DNA from: Candidatus Marinacidobacterales bacterium
GTDB taxonomy: Bacteria > Acidobacteriota > Vicinamibacteria > Marinacidobacterales > DATDRI01
Direction of reading: 5' to 3'
Length of the DNA stretch: 64,000 nucleotides
Assembly (NCBI GenBank): GCA_965219415.1
Contig: CBDCNP010000002.1
Coordinates: 5,120,001-5,184,000 of the forward strand
The translations under genes and the position numbers were made by a program. The notes beneath the pieces are model-generated. The model was given only the letters and a program-made list of their open reading frames with translations. It did no database searches and was not told where the DNA came from. Positions 44,482 through 54,554 of this stretch are shown one piece after another (positions within the stretch are counted from its first letter, which is position 1; each line of letters begins with the position of its first letter).

Positions 44482-46950
44482 ATGATTCGTCACGTTGGAA
44501 TTTTGTGCCTGTTCCTGCTCGTCACATGGCCGGCGTCCGGGTCGGCGCAGACCGGAAGCGTTACCGGCAGCGTCGTCGACCAGACCGGTCTGGTGCTGCC
44601 GGGCGCCACCGTGACGCTGCGCGGAGACGGCGTACCGCGCACCGCCTATTCGGACGAGCGGGGCAACTTCGAGCTGGCCGGGGTCGCGCCGGGCGCGTAT
44701 ACGCTGACCGTGTCGCTCGCCGGTTTCTCCGACACGACCGTCGAGGACATGAGGGTATCTGGCACGCCGCTCGAGCTGCCGTCGATCGAGCTGCAGCTCG
44801 CCAGCTTCGGCGACACGGTGGTCGTGACCGCGTCGCGCAGTGAAGTCCGATTGCTCGATGCGCCGGTATCGACGTCGGTTATCTCTGCCTCGACGCTGGA
44901 GACCACGCCGGCCCAGAACTACGGCGACCTCCTGCGCGCGACCCCTGGCGTCAACGTCATTCAGCTCTCGGCGCGCGACGTGCAGGTGGCCAGCCGTAGC
45001 GCCGGCAACACGCTGACCAACACGCAACTCGTGCTGGTGGACGGGCGCAGCGTCTACCTCGACTTTTTCGGCCTCATCCTGTGGGACCTGCTGCCGACCA
45101 ACTTTAACGACGTGGAGCAGATCGAGGTGGTGCGCGGGCCGGCGTCGGCGGTGTGGGGCGCCAACGCCATGACCGGGGCGGTCAACATCATCACCAAGCC
45201 GCCGCGGGAATCGGTCGGCACGACGGTGACGCTCAGCGGCGGGTACATCGACCGCAACGACGGCTCGGGCGTGGGACTCAGCGCCGGGTCGATGTTCGGC
45301 GCCAACGCAACCGTGACGCGGGCGCCAAGCGATCGGCTGTCGTACCGCGTCAGCGCCGGCTACTTCACGTCTGACGCCTTTGCACGGCCGACCGGCCAGA
45401 TCCCGGTGATCGACGACCCGCGTCAGCCGAGCCAGACCGTGGGCGGGGCATTCTATCCGCTCGACTCGGCCACCGCCGGCTTCGGGACAGGATTCGCGAA
45501 CCGGGGCACCAGCCAGCCGAAGTTCGAGGTGCGGGTCGACCAGGAACTGTCCGATGCCACCATCACTTACTCGGGCGGCGTGGCCGGCACGGAAGGAATC
45601 GTCCACAGCGGAATCGGTCCGTTCGACATGCAGTCGGGGACATATCTGGCCTACGGCAAGTTGAATTACACGCGGGGCGACCTGCAGATACAGTTCTTCG
45701 CGAACTTCCTGGACGGCAAGGCACCGAACCTGTTGCTGCCGGACATCGCCACCGGGATGCCGCTGCAGCTCGACTTCAAGTCACAGACGTTCGACGGCGA
45801 GATCGGCCACTCGGTGTTCCTCGGAAGCCGGCACCGGCTGAACTACGGCGGCAACGTACGGCAGAACAACTTCGACATCACCCTCGCACCGCTTGGCGAG
45901 AACCGCCTCGAGGTGGGCGGGTACCTACAGGACGAGATCTTCTGGGAACGGTTCCGCCTCGTGCTGGGCGGGCGGGTGGACAAGTTTGGCAACCTGTCAG
46001 ATCCGAAGTTCTCGCCGCGCATCGCGTTCATCGTCAAGCCGGCGGAGGATCACTCCGTCACGCTGTCGTACAACCATGCGTTCCGCGCGCCGTCGGTCAT
46101 CAACAACTTCCTCCAGACGAGCATCGTTAGCCCAGTGGACCTGAGCGGCTTGGCGCCGCTGCTGCCGCCACCGCTACAACCAGCCGTCGCCCAACCGTTT
46201 CCGCTCATCGTCAACGCGGTCGGCAGCGACATCCCGATCGGCGGAATGACCCAGGAGAAGTTGCTCGAGGAATCGCTGACGGCGTACGAAGTGAGCTACA
46301 CTGGCGTGCTCCCGCGCGGCACGACGCTCGGCGGCTCGTTCTACGTCAACCGCCGCGACGATTCCATCAACTTCGTCTCCCTGCCGCGGTCACTCGACCC
46401 GTACACCGCGACAAATCCGCCGCCCGGCTGGCGGCTCCCGCCGTTCGTGCTAGCGCAGATAGCGCAGCGCGGGATCTTTCTGCCGCGCACGGCGTTAACA
46501 TACCTGAATCTAGGTCCGATCCGCCAGACCGGCGTGGAGCTGTGGCTCGACCAGCAGTTCTCGCGCTCGGTGGCCGCGTCCATCAACTATTCGTGGCAAT
46601 CCGAGCCGAAGATCCTGGACGACCCGAACCCGTATTTGCCGGCGGAGCTCAACCTACCCCCAACGCACCGGTTCAACGCCGCGATGACGTGGAACGGGTC
46701 GAGGCTGCTGGGCTCCGCCTCGGTGAATGCCGCTACCGACGCGTTCTGGAGCGATGTGCTCACGTCGGCGTATCACGGCTACACCGACGGGTACGCGACG
46801 GTGAATGGTAGTTTCGGGGTGAAGTGGAAGGGAGGCACTGTCACGACGACGGTGAAGGTGACCAACCTGTTCAACCAAACTGTCCAGCAGCACATCTTCG
46901 GCGACCTGCTACGGCGAACCGTGCTGGGCGAGGTGAAGTTCAGGTTCTGA
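44482..46950 (+). CDS. TonB-dependent receptor with N-terminal carboxypeptidase-regulatory-like domain
   Basis: GGAGG RBS, signal peptide, DTVVVTASR, QIEVVRGPASAVWGANAMTGAVNIITK, terminal F. Confidence 0.92.
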   Translation: MIRHVGILCLFLLVTWPASGSAQTGSVTGSVVDQTGLVLPGATVTLRGDGVPRTAYSDERGNFELAGVAPGAYTLTVSLAGFSDTTVEDMRVSGTPLELPSIELQLASFGDTVVVTASRSEVRLLDAPVSTSVISASTLETTPAQNYGDLLRATPGVNVIQLSARDVQVASRSAGNTLTNTQLVLVDGRSVYLDFFGLILWDLLPTNFNDVEQIEVVRGPASAVWGANAMTGAVNIITKPPRESVGTTVTLSGGYIDRNDGSGVGLSAGSMFGANATVTRAPSDRLSYRVSAGYFTSDAFARPTGQIPVIDDPRQPSQTVGGAFYPLDSATAGFGTGFANRGTSQPKFEVRVDQELSDATITYSGGVAGTEGIVHSGIGPFDMQSGTYLAYGKLNYTRGDLQIQFFANFLDGKAPNLLLPDIATGMPLQLDFKSQTFDGEIGHSVFLGSRHRLNYGGNVRQNNFDITLAPLGENRLEVGGYLQDEIFWERFRLVLGGRVDKFGNLSDPKFSPRIAFIVKPAEDHSVTLSYNHAFRAPSVINNFLQTSIVSPVDLSGLAPLLPPPLQPAVAQPFPLIVNAVGSDIPIGGMTQEKLLEESLTAYEVSYTGVLPRGTTLGGSFYVNRRDDSINFVSLPRSLDPYTATNPPPGWRLPPFVLAQIAQRGIFLPRTALTYLNLGPIRQTGVELWLDQQFSRSVAASINYSWQSEPKILDDPNPYLPAELNLPPTHRFNAAMTWNGSRLLGSASVNAATDAFWSDVLTSAYHGYTDGYATVNGSFGVKWKGGTVTTTVKVTNLFNQTVQQHIFGDLLRRTVLGEVKFRF

Positions 46951-46979
46951 CGCGCGGGTCAGCGCAAGCAAGCCTCGGA

Positions 46980-47134
46980 AGAGCGAACAACGGGGCACGG
47001 AGATGGCCCTCCCGGATGCGGTGGGCGACGGCGGCCGGTGTGACCTGAAGTTCCTCGGCGGCGCGTACGAAGTTCTCGTGCCGTGCGGCAGCGTCGAAGA
47101 AGCGGAGGCAATCGAGCGGTGGCAGGGCCTGCAT
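46980..47134 (-). pseudogene. LysR (GcvA-like) HTH first half
   Basis: MQALPPLDCLRFFDAAARHENFVRAAEELQVTPAAVAHRIR..LF. Confidence 0.75.
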
Positions 47135-47450
47135 GGTGCCCCACAGCATACAAGTCTATTTTGTGATTGACAAAACTAGTTTTTCTCATGTTTCAGGCTC
47201 AACTTGCTGCGTTACTGCGCCCTAGCGTGCGCGATACGTACTTGCAGACATAGTAGCGGGCATTGGGGGGTGCGTCGTCAGGGCCTGTGGCTTGTGATGA
47301 TGGCTAATTTAAATTATGTCTATGTAGTATGAAAATATTACTGTAAACAACTCACAGAATTTGGATATATAAAGGCAACAGGCATGGCGATCAATTCCTG
47401 CGCTGGGCTGCACCACTCAATGGTCCGAAATAGGAGAAACGCTAAAATGT

Positions 47451-47554
47451 GGTGCTTCCGCCATTAAGTGTTGGTAAAATGACGCTAAGACTTTACGGTG
47501 CATTAAATTACAGCCATGGTCTTTCAAAAGGGCCGAGTTTTGGCACAGGACGGG
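47451..47554 (+). repeat. Partial family-A MITE joined to rve end
   Basis: GGTGCTTCCGCCATTAAG...CAGCCA then TTTCAAAAGGGCCGAGTTTTGGCACAGGACGGG. Confidence 0.8.
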
Positions 47555-47555
47555 G

Positions 47556-48074
47556 AAGGCGCTGGCCGCCGTCGATAGCGCCCTGGAAGCCGACGCCCCT
47601 AAGCCGACCCTTCTCGCAACTCGAGGTCGTCTGTTGCTCGCACTGGGCCGAACCGAAGAGGCGGTCGGCGCGCTCGAGCAAGCATCGCCCGGACTGAAGG
47701 ACCCCACCGAGAAAGCGGCGGTCGTTAAGACGCTGGCGACGCTTTACGGAAACAAAGGCGAGCTCGATAAGGCGATCGACTATTTCGAGCAAGCCGCTAC
47801 TCTCACTCCGAATGACTCCGAGATCATGGCGAATCTGGCGCTCACTCTCGTGCGGGCCGGACGGACGGGAGAAGCGCTCGAGCCCCTCACCCGCGCCATC
47901 GAGCTCCGCCCTAAGGAGGTGCGTCTGCTCAATCTCAAGGCGGAAATCCTTTACCGGGAGGGAGAGCTAGAGGGCAGCCGCGATCTGCTGCGTCGTTCGC
48001 TCGCTCTCCGCCCCGATCAGCCTCGTATCAAGGCGGCTTTGGCCGAAGTCGAGGCCAAACTCGAGTCGCCTTAA
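47556..48074 (+). pseudogene. 5'-truncated TPR protein
   Basis: TPR repeats (KAIDYFEQAATLTPND, RAIELRP); frame begins at the element end without a native start. Confidence 0.7.
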
Positions 48075-48087
48075 AGCAAAGGAAGGA

Positions 48088-49209
48088 GTGGCTATCATGT
48101 CTAGCGTTTCAGCGAACCGAATCAGTCTGTTTCTCTTTGGATTGGTAATGATCACGCTGGTGCCGGTGGCGGAGGGTAACGGGAGACTGACCTATCAGAC
48201 CGTTCATGGCACGGGTTTGGAAGGAAATCTCTTGGGAGACTCTCCGAATCGACAGGTGATGGTGTACTTGCCTCCTAGCTACACGACCGCGCCGACCAAG
48301 CGCTATCCCACCGTCTACTTTCTCCATGGCTACAACGGAACCAGCACCATCTGGCGAGATGGCGCCTACCAAGGGTTCAACATCCTCACCGCGATGGATG
48401 AGCTCATCGAGGAAGGAAAGATTCGAGAAATGATCGTGGTGATGCCCGATGGCCGGAACGCTTACGGGGGAACCTATTTCGTCAACTCGTCGGTCACCGG
48501 AAACTGGGAGGACTTCGTCACTCAAGACCTAGTCTCCTACATCGATACCACGTACCGCACCATCCCCGAGTCGGGCAGCCGGGGCGTCGCCGGCCAGTCC
48601 ATGGGCGGGTTTTCCGCCATCTATATCGCGATGAGAAACCCGGAGGTCTTCAGCACCGTTTTCGCCATGAGCGCCTGTTGCTTGGACATGGTCGCGGAAG
48701 TTGGAGCCGAATATCCCGAATGGATAGCAACGCTCGGCCTGAAGGACCGGCAAGATCTCGTTGAGAGCCACTTGACGACACCAAGCCAAGGAAACTACCC
48801 CAACGCCATCACCGCTCTCGCCGCGGCTCTGTCTCCCAATCCGGAGAAGCCTCCCCTCTACGTCGACTACCCATTCGAGCGGGTAAACGGAAGGGTTCAA
48901 CCGAACGAAAGCGCCTACAACAAGTGGAAGGAGAACTTTCCCGTCTACATGGTGGACGCGTACCGTTCGAACCTGCTCAAACTAAAGGGCATTCATTTCA
49001 CCGCCGGCATCTCCGACCACTTGGCACATATCCCTTTGGGGAGCCGGGCGTTTTCGCACGCTCTCACCAGGGCGGGAATCCCCCACGTCTTCGAGATGGA
49101 CGGCGCGAATCATCGGGAGTTGGTGCGAGAGTGGATCGAAGCCAGGGCACTTCCCTTCTTTTCGCTGCTGCTCACCCATCAGAGTCTGACGTGGACCGAC
49201 ACGGAGTAG
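48088..49209 (+). CDS. Secreted alpha/beta-hydrolase esterase
   Basis: VYLPPSY, YFLHG, GQSMGG nucleophile. Confidence 0.88.
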   Translation: MAIMSSVSANRISLFLFGLVMITLVPVAEGNGRLTYQTVHGTGLEGNLLGDSPNRQVMVYLPPSYTTAPTKRYPTVYFLHGYNGTSTIWRDGAYQGFNILTAMDELIEEGKIREMIVVMPDGRNAYGGTYFVNSSVTGNWEDFVTQDLVSYIDTTYRTIPESGSRGVAGQSMGGFSAIYIAMRNPEVFSTVFAMSACCLDMVAEVGAEYPEWIATLGLKDRQDLVESHLTTPSQGNYPNAITALAAALSPNPEKPPLYVDYPFERVNGRVQPNESAYNKWKENFPVYMVDAYRSNLLKLKGIHFTAGISDHLAHIPLGSRAFSHALTRAGIPHVFEMDGANHRELVREWIEARALPFFSLLLTHQSLTWTDTE

Positions 49210-49220
49210 ACGATCCGGAT

Positions 49221-49676
49221 ATGGTGACCAGCATTGGTTCAAAGTCGATTGTGTTCTTGTTCGTCGTCCTGTTTCATATTGGATGTGCCGGCAAAACTGA
49301 AAACCAACGCCTCGCACCGAGCGAACACGAAGAGTTTACTCAATATATGGTCAAGGGCCAGAAACTCTACAACCTAAACTGCGCCAATTGTCATCAACAC
49401 AATGGAAAAGGACTGGGGAGGGTGTTCCCCCCTCTGAACGATTCCGATTATATGGAGGCGAATTTCAATCAAGTCATCTGTCTTATCAAAAACGGGCGGG
49501 AAGGAGAAATGACTGTAAATGGCATTCTGTTCAACGAACCGATGCCCGGTACACCTCACCTGACGAATTTGGAGCTTGCAGAAGTCACGACCTATATCTA
49601 CAACGCATGGAGTCACAAGAAAGGCATGATTACGGTGAGTGAAGTAGAGACGGTGCTGGAGAATTCCTGTGAGTGA
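49221..49676 (+). CDS. Monoheme cytochrome c lipoprotein
   Basis: HIGC lipobox-like, CANCH, FPPL, MPG, YIYNAW. Confidence 0.85.
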   Translation: MVTSIGSKSIVFLFVVLFHIGCAGKTENQRLAPSEHEEFTQYMVKGQKLYNLNCANCHQHNGKGLGRVFPPLNDSDYMEANFNQVICLIKNGREGEMTVNGILFNEPMPGTPHLTNLELAEVTTYIYNAWSHKKGMITVSEVETVLENSCE

Positions 49677-49727
49677 TTCGTATTCCCTTGACACTTTCAA
49701 ACCCAGGGCCTAAGGTGAGAATCTTCA

Positions 49728-50939
49728 GGTGCTTCCGCCATGAAGTGTTGGTGGCTGCCGCGTAACCCGTTCGCGTGCTAGAGTTTGAACCAGAATTCTG
49801 AAGACACAGTTCTCTCATCGTCAGGGCCGAGCAGAAGTGAAGAATCGCAGATGTCTCAGTCCCGTATGTCCGTCGTATGGAAAAGTCGGTTCCAGAAGCA
49901 TTATTCACAACGGATTCTACAGAACGAGGTCCGGGAAACGCCGTCGATACCGGTGCGGCGAGTGCGGAAAGACGTTCTCTTCGACGAAAGGCACGCCCTA
50001 CTACCGTCTCCAACATCGAAGAGCTACTTTCGATGGGGTCATCGCTCTCAGAGTCGAGGTTGTCAGCATTGCTGCGATTTCCCGGATCAAAGGGATTGCC
50101 TGGAACACCGTCGCCCGCTGGCTCGAGAAGGCAGCCCAAGTGTGTCGTCGATTCAATCACAGAAGGATCGCCGGCTTCGCTGCCGAAGAGCTTCAAGCCG
50201 AGCTTCAAGCCGACGAGATTCGCACGTTCGCGGGCAACAAGAAGACGCCGAGTTGGGTCTTCGTTACGATCGAGGTCTGGTCTCGGCTCTGGCCATCGAC
50301 GGTGACGGGAAGGCGAAGCTACCGGAACACTCACGCCCTGTTTCGCGACCTTTCGAGGCGGATGAATTTCGAGGGTCTTCCCTTGATCGTCACGGATGGA
50401 TTCGAATTCTACCAGAAGGTCATCCGTCGCTTCTTCGGTCCAGCGTGTCTCTACGGCCAGGTCCTCAAGACGCGCAGGAACGATCGTATCATCAAGGTCG
50501 AACGGAGAGCGCTGCACGGAGCCGCGTGGCGATTCGAAGACGCGCTCAATAACTCCGAGGACTCCTCAACATTGAACACGTCGTTCATCGAGCGGTTGAA
50601 TCTGACCATCCGGCAAAGCTCGGCATACCTTTCGAGACGAACACTTTCCCACGCTCGCTCGACGGAGAGGCTCGATGAGCACCTGGAGTTGCTCCGTTGC
50701 TATTACAACTTCGTCCGACCGCACGGAGCTCTGAAGTTCGGACGTGAGATCCGAACTCCGGCTATGCAAGCCGGTCTGACCACGCGACGGCTCACCTTTC
50801 GAGACATCTTCTTGGCGACGACGATTCCTTTGTGGTTGCGGATCGAGGTTTTCCTGCTCACTAGGGCGCGCAACCCGGTCTCTTCCACACCTGTACCACT
50901 GCCCGCAGCCGCGTAGCAACACTTGATGGCGGAAGCACC
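49728..50939 (+). mobile_element. IS1-family element, single-ORF transposase 49837-50916
   Basis: TIR GGTGCTTCCGCCAT(G/C)AAGTGTTG; Zn ribbon (C..C, RYRCGECG), DE, VTDG, NTSFIERLNLTIRQ. Confidence 0.9.
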
Positions 50940-50961
50940 TCTCTTTATGCCGGGGTCGTGA

Positions 50962-52048
50962 TGCCTTGGTGCACAACTCCGATAGAGGCCGAGAGCTCGC
51001 TTGGCCCCGACTCCCATCATCCGATCATCTCGCTATCAGGCATCCCGAGCGCCGTCATGGTGTTGAGAATCTTGCACCCGATCCTTGCCTCACCTCTCTG
51101 TGCCGCCAACCCTCTCGCTCGCATCGCTGAGCCCACGATAGCCTTGTAGCGATGGAACGTTGTCTCGACTTTGCTCCGTTTGCTGTAGCCCGATTCTGTG
51201 TGCCACTTTCGTTTGCCGAGCCGAGCTTGTGCTGCAATGTTGCGATTGCGCTGTCGGCTGCTCGCCGGCCCCGATGCGAGCAGGGCGCCCTTGCGCGGCG
51301 GTATCAGCACCCTCGGCGAGCGATGAGCGCTGTGATTCTCGATTGCCTCATAGACGCCGCCGGCGTCGTATGCGGTGTCAGCTCTGGCCGATGAGATGGG
51401 ACTGTCGATCTGTCCGACAAGCGATGCAACCCGCAATGAATCACGGGCTCTTTTGCTCGTCAGCTCGCCGGCGACGACTTCGCCACTCTGCTCGTCGACA
51501 CACAGATGGAGCTTGCGATAGTCCCTGCTCTTTTGTGCTCTGCGCAGCTGGCCGGCGTGGACAGCGAGACCGCTGCTGTCGAACAAGATGTGCAACGGCG
51601 TCTTCTGCTTGACTTGGTAGAAGGGGACCTTACCCAGCTTCGGCTTGCGCCTCGAGATCGTGGTGTGATCGGGCACATCATTGTCTAGCTTCATCAGAGC
51701 GAACAACGACCGCAGCAATCCCTCGCTCTGCCTAGATGACAGATGAAACACCATGCCCAGGGTGACAGCCGTCTCGATGGCGTGGTTCGAGTACTTGCGT
51801 TGACGGCCCGGTTTCCTCCTCCTTGGCCGGGGCGCGTCCCAGTTCACAAGCTTGCCGGCGGTGAGCGAGATCCAGACGGTCAGGCTCCCGCGGTTGCGTA
51901 GACCCGCCTCATATTCACGCCAATTCCTCACGCGATAGGCCTTCTTCACATACTTCCGCTGAGTGCGTTTGAAAATGCTCATGGGGAACCTCGTATCCGC
52001 GAGTACAGGACAATTGTGGACCGAGATCGAGAGTTGTGCACCAAGGCA
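50962..52048 (-). mobile_element. IS5 (IS903 group) element, intact; transposase 51017-51982
   Basis: 18-bp IRs, DSSG, ADTAYD, YSKRSKVE. Confidence 0.94.
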
Positions 52049-52065
52049 GCGTGTGAGGGGTTCTC

Positions 52066-52912
52066 ATGCCGATGAAGCTCGGTGAGTTGATCGTCCAAGA
52101 AAAGCTTGTAACACCAGAGCAACTGGAAGAAGCGCTCGTCTACCAACGTCAATCCGGCGGGAGAGTCGGGGAGATTCTCGTCAAACTAGGATTCGCGACG
52201 GATGAGCAGATCGCGGAGATGGTCGCTCGTAAGTACGATGTGCCCGTCATCGATCTGCCGAGCCTGCCCATCGATGGCTCGGTGCTCAAGCTGATCCCTG
52301 CCGAGACCGCTCAAGCTTACCAGTTGTTTCCAGTCTCGGCATCCGGGGCCACCCTCACCGTGGCCATGGCGGATCCCACGAACGTCTTCGCCATAGACGA
52401 TCTGCGATTCATGACCGGTTACAACATCGAGCCGGTCGTGGCTCCGGGAGCGGCCGTTATGGAGGCAATCGAGAAACATTACGAGTCCGCCCACACCCGC
52501 CAGGTCCACGACGCCATCCGGGAGGCGGAAGACATTGATCTTGAGAAACTAGAGCGATCCAGCGATGAAGCGCCGGTGGTGAAGCTCTGCAACCTAATCC
52601 TCACCGATGCTCTGCGGCGCGACTCGAGCGAGATCCATATCGAGCCTTTCGAACATGAGGTCCGGGTGCGGTTCCGAATTGATGGGGTGCTCTGGATCGG
52701 GTCGAACCAGGCAAGGGCTGCGAAGCGTGCAACAACACTGGTTACCGGGGACGAATAGGGCTCTTCGAGGTGATCTGGAAGGAGCGTCCTCGATGGATCT
52801 TCGAGAGCAGGCTACGAGTGAGGGCATGATCACGCTGAGAACTAGCGGGCTCGAGAAGATCGCCGATGGGCTCACCACGATCGAGGAAGTCGTCAGGGAA
52901 ACCGTCAAGTAG
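52066..52912 (+). pseudogene. pilB: PilB/GspE-type ATPase with internal deletions
   Basis: KLGEL..RVGEIL N-terminus, IHIEP, RFRIDGVL, then GKGCEACNNTGYRGRIGLFEV and GLTTIEEVVRET in other frames; Walker motifs absent. Confidence 0.8.
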
Positions 52913-52940
52913 TCCTCCGGGAAGCCGCCGATGCCCCCCA

Positions 52941-52969
52941 TTGACGCGGCTCTCCCCCCTCGCTAGAAT
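52941..52969 (+). promoter_or_regulatory. Sigma70-type promoter for tRNA-Leu/tig
   Basis: TTGACG-17 bp-TAGAAT. Confidence 0.7.
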
Positions 52970-53053
52970 GGCTCTTCCGTTTGATGATTCACACCAAATT
53001 GGCTCTTTCGGGAGGTAAACGAGCTACCAAGCGATAGCGCTGACTCGTCAAGC

Positions 53054-53137
53054 GCGAAAGTGGCGGAACGGCAGACGCGCTGGACTTAGGATCCAGTGGG
53101 GCAACCCGTGGGGGTTCGAATCCCCCCTTTCGCACCA
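53054..53137 (+). tRNA. tRNA-Leu (anticodon TAG)
   Basis: Acceptor GCGAAAG/CTTTCGC+ACCA, anticodon arm CTGGA-CTTAGGA-TCCAG, long variable arm, GTTCGAATC. Confidence 0.96.
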
Positions 53138-53268
53138 CAGCCTGGCGAGGTTTGGTCGAAGCAACGCGACGTTTTGGCGGTCGCTGAGAATTCGGCCGTG
53201 CCTGGCCAACTCTTGCTAGCAGCCGGCGTGGCGCCAAAAAGCCTTAGGATCCGAAGGAGTTCCATTCC

Positions 53269-54549
53269 TTGAAGGTTGAATGTACTGAAGAGGGTTTGTC
53301 CCGTCGTCGGCTGGACGTCGAGGTTCCGGCGGAGACGCTCTCAGAAGCCTTCGAGCAGAAGGCGACTCGGTTCAGCCGTACCTTGAAGCTGCCAGGCTTC
53401 CGAAAAGGCAAGATTCCGAAGAACCTGGTGAAGACACGGTTCCACTCCGAAATCCTCAATCAAGTCCTTCAGGATCTGCTACCGAATGTGCTCCACCAAG
53501 CTTTGAACCAGCATTCGCTGAACCCTATAGGCGACCCGAAGATCGAAGACTTGAAAGCGGAGTTGGGCGAGCCTCTTCGATTCAAGGCGACCGTCGAGGT
53601 CATGCCCGAGATCGACGTCAAGAAGTTCAAGGGTTTCAAAGTCACCGCCAAGAGTGCCGACGTAAGCGATGAAGAGACCGAAAAACGTCTAGACTCCTTG
53701 CGCGAGCGCGCGGCGCGATTCGATCCCGTCGAGGGCCGAGGCGTCAAGGATGGAGACTTCGTCACCGGAACGCTCCACGAAACTGCCGCCGACGGAAAGG
53801 GGCCGACCAACAAACAGGAAGGTGTCACGATCGAGGTCGGATCCGATATCTACCTCCCAACCCTTCACGAGAGGCTTCAAGGCGCCAAGTCGGGCGACTC
53901 GATTTCTTTCCAGGCCGAGTTTCCCAAGGAGCATGCCGATACCGCTCGCGCCGGTAAGAAGCTGACCGTGCGATTCGATCAGATCGAAGTCAAGGAGAAG
54001 ATCCTTCCAGACCTAGACGATGAGTTCGCGAAAGACCTAGGTGACTTCGAGGACCTCAAGGAACTCCGAGACCAGGTTCAAAAACAAGCCGAAGAAGAAG
54101 CGAGGCATCATTCCGAGCAGGATCTCCGCAACCAGCTCCTCGAGAAGCTGATCGAGGCGAACCCCGTCGAGCCACCCCAGGCCTTGATCGACCAAGAGCT
54201 CGACCAACGGGTAGAGGAAATGGCTCGAAACCTCATCGACCGGGGGATCGATCCCTCCCAAGCGAACGTGGATTGGCGCGACCTACGGGAAGGTCAGCGG
54301 GAGGCGGTCACTCGAAGCGTCGGCGCCACCATCCTGCTCGACCGGATCGTCACTCAAGAGGGGTTGCAAGAGACGGAGGAAGCGGTGAGCCAGGAGATCG
54401 AGCGGGGGGCGGCCGCGGTCAAAAAGAGTCCTGAGGCGGTGCGCGCCCAACTGATGAAAGACGGAGGCCTGGAACGCCTTAAACAACGCTTGCGGAGGGA
54501 GTTGGCGGTTGACTTACTCCGCGAAAATGCTAGAATCAAAGGGGGTTAG
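53269..54549 (+). CDS. tig: Trigger factor
   Basis: [10 protein letters not shown]; synteny with clpPX. Confidence 0.95.
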   Translation: MKVECTEEGLSRRRLDVEVPAETLSEAFEQKATRFSRTLKLPGFRKGKIPKNLVKTRFHSEILNQVLQDLLPNVLHQALNQHSLNPIGDPKIEDLKAELGEPLRFKATVEVMPEIDVKKFKGFKVTAKSADVSDEETEKRLDSLRERAARFDPVEGRGVKDGDFVTGTLHETAADGKGPTNKQEGVTIEVGSDIYLPTLHERLQGAKSGDSISFQAEFPKEHADTARAGKKLTVRFDQIEVKEKILPDLDDEFAKDLGDFEDLKELRDQVQKQAEEEARHHSEQDLRNQLLEKLIEANPVEPPQALIDQELDQRVEEMARNLIDRGIDPSQANVDWRDLREGQREAVTRSVGATILLDRIVTQEGLQETEEAVSQEIERGAAAVKKSPEAVRAQLMKDGGLERLKQRLRRELAVDLLRENARIKGG

Positions 54550-54554
54550 AGTCT

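Noticed and set aside
1168-47554. Recurrent 25-35 bp sequences as a CRISPR array
   Set aside because: Irregular kb-scale spacing, both orientations, no cas genes; they are transposon ends
53054-53137. tRNA-Leu as the integration site of the accessory region
   Set aside because: The accessory DNA lies 5' of the tRNA and no duplicated 3' end was seen
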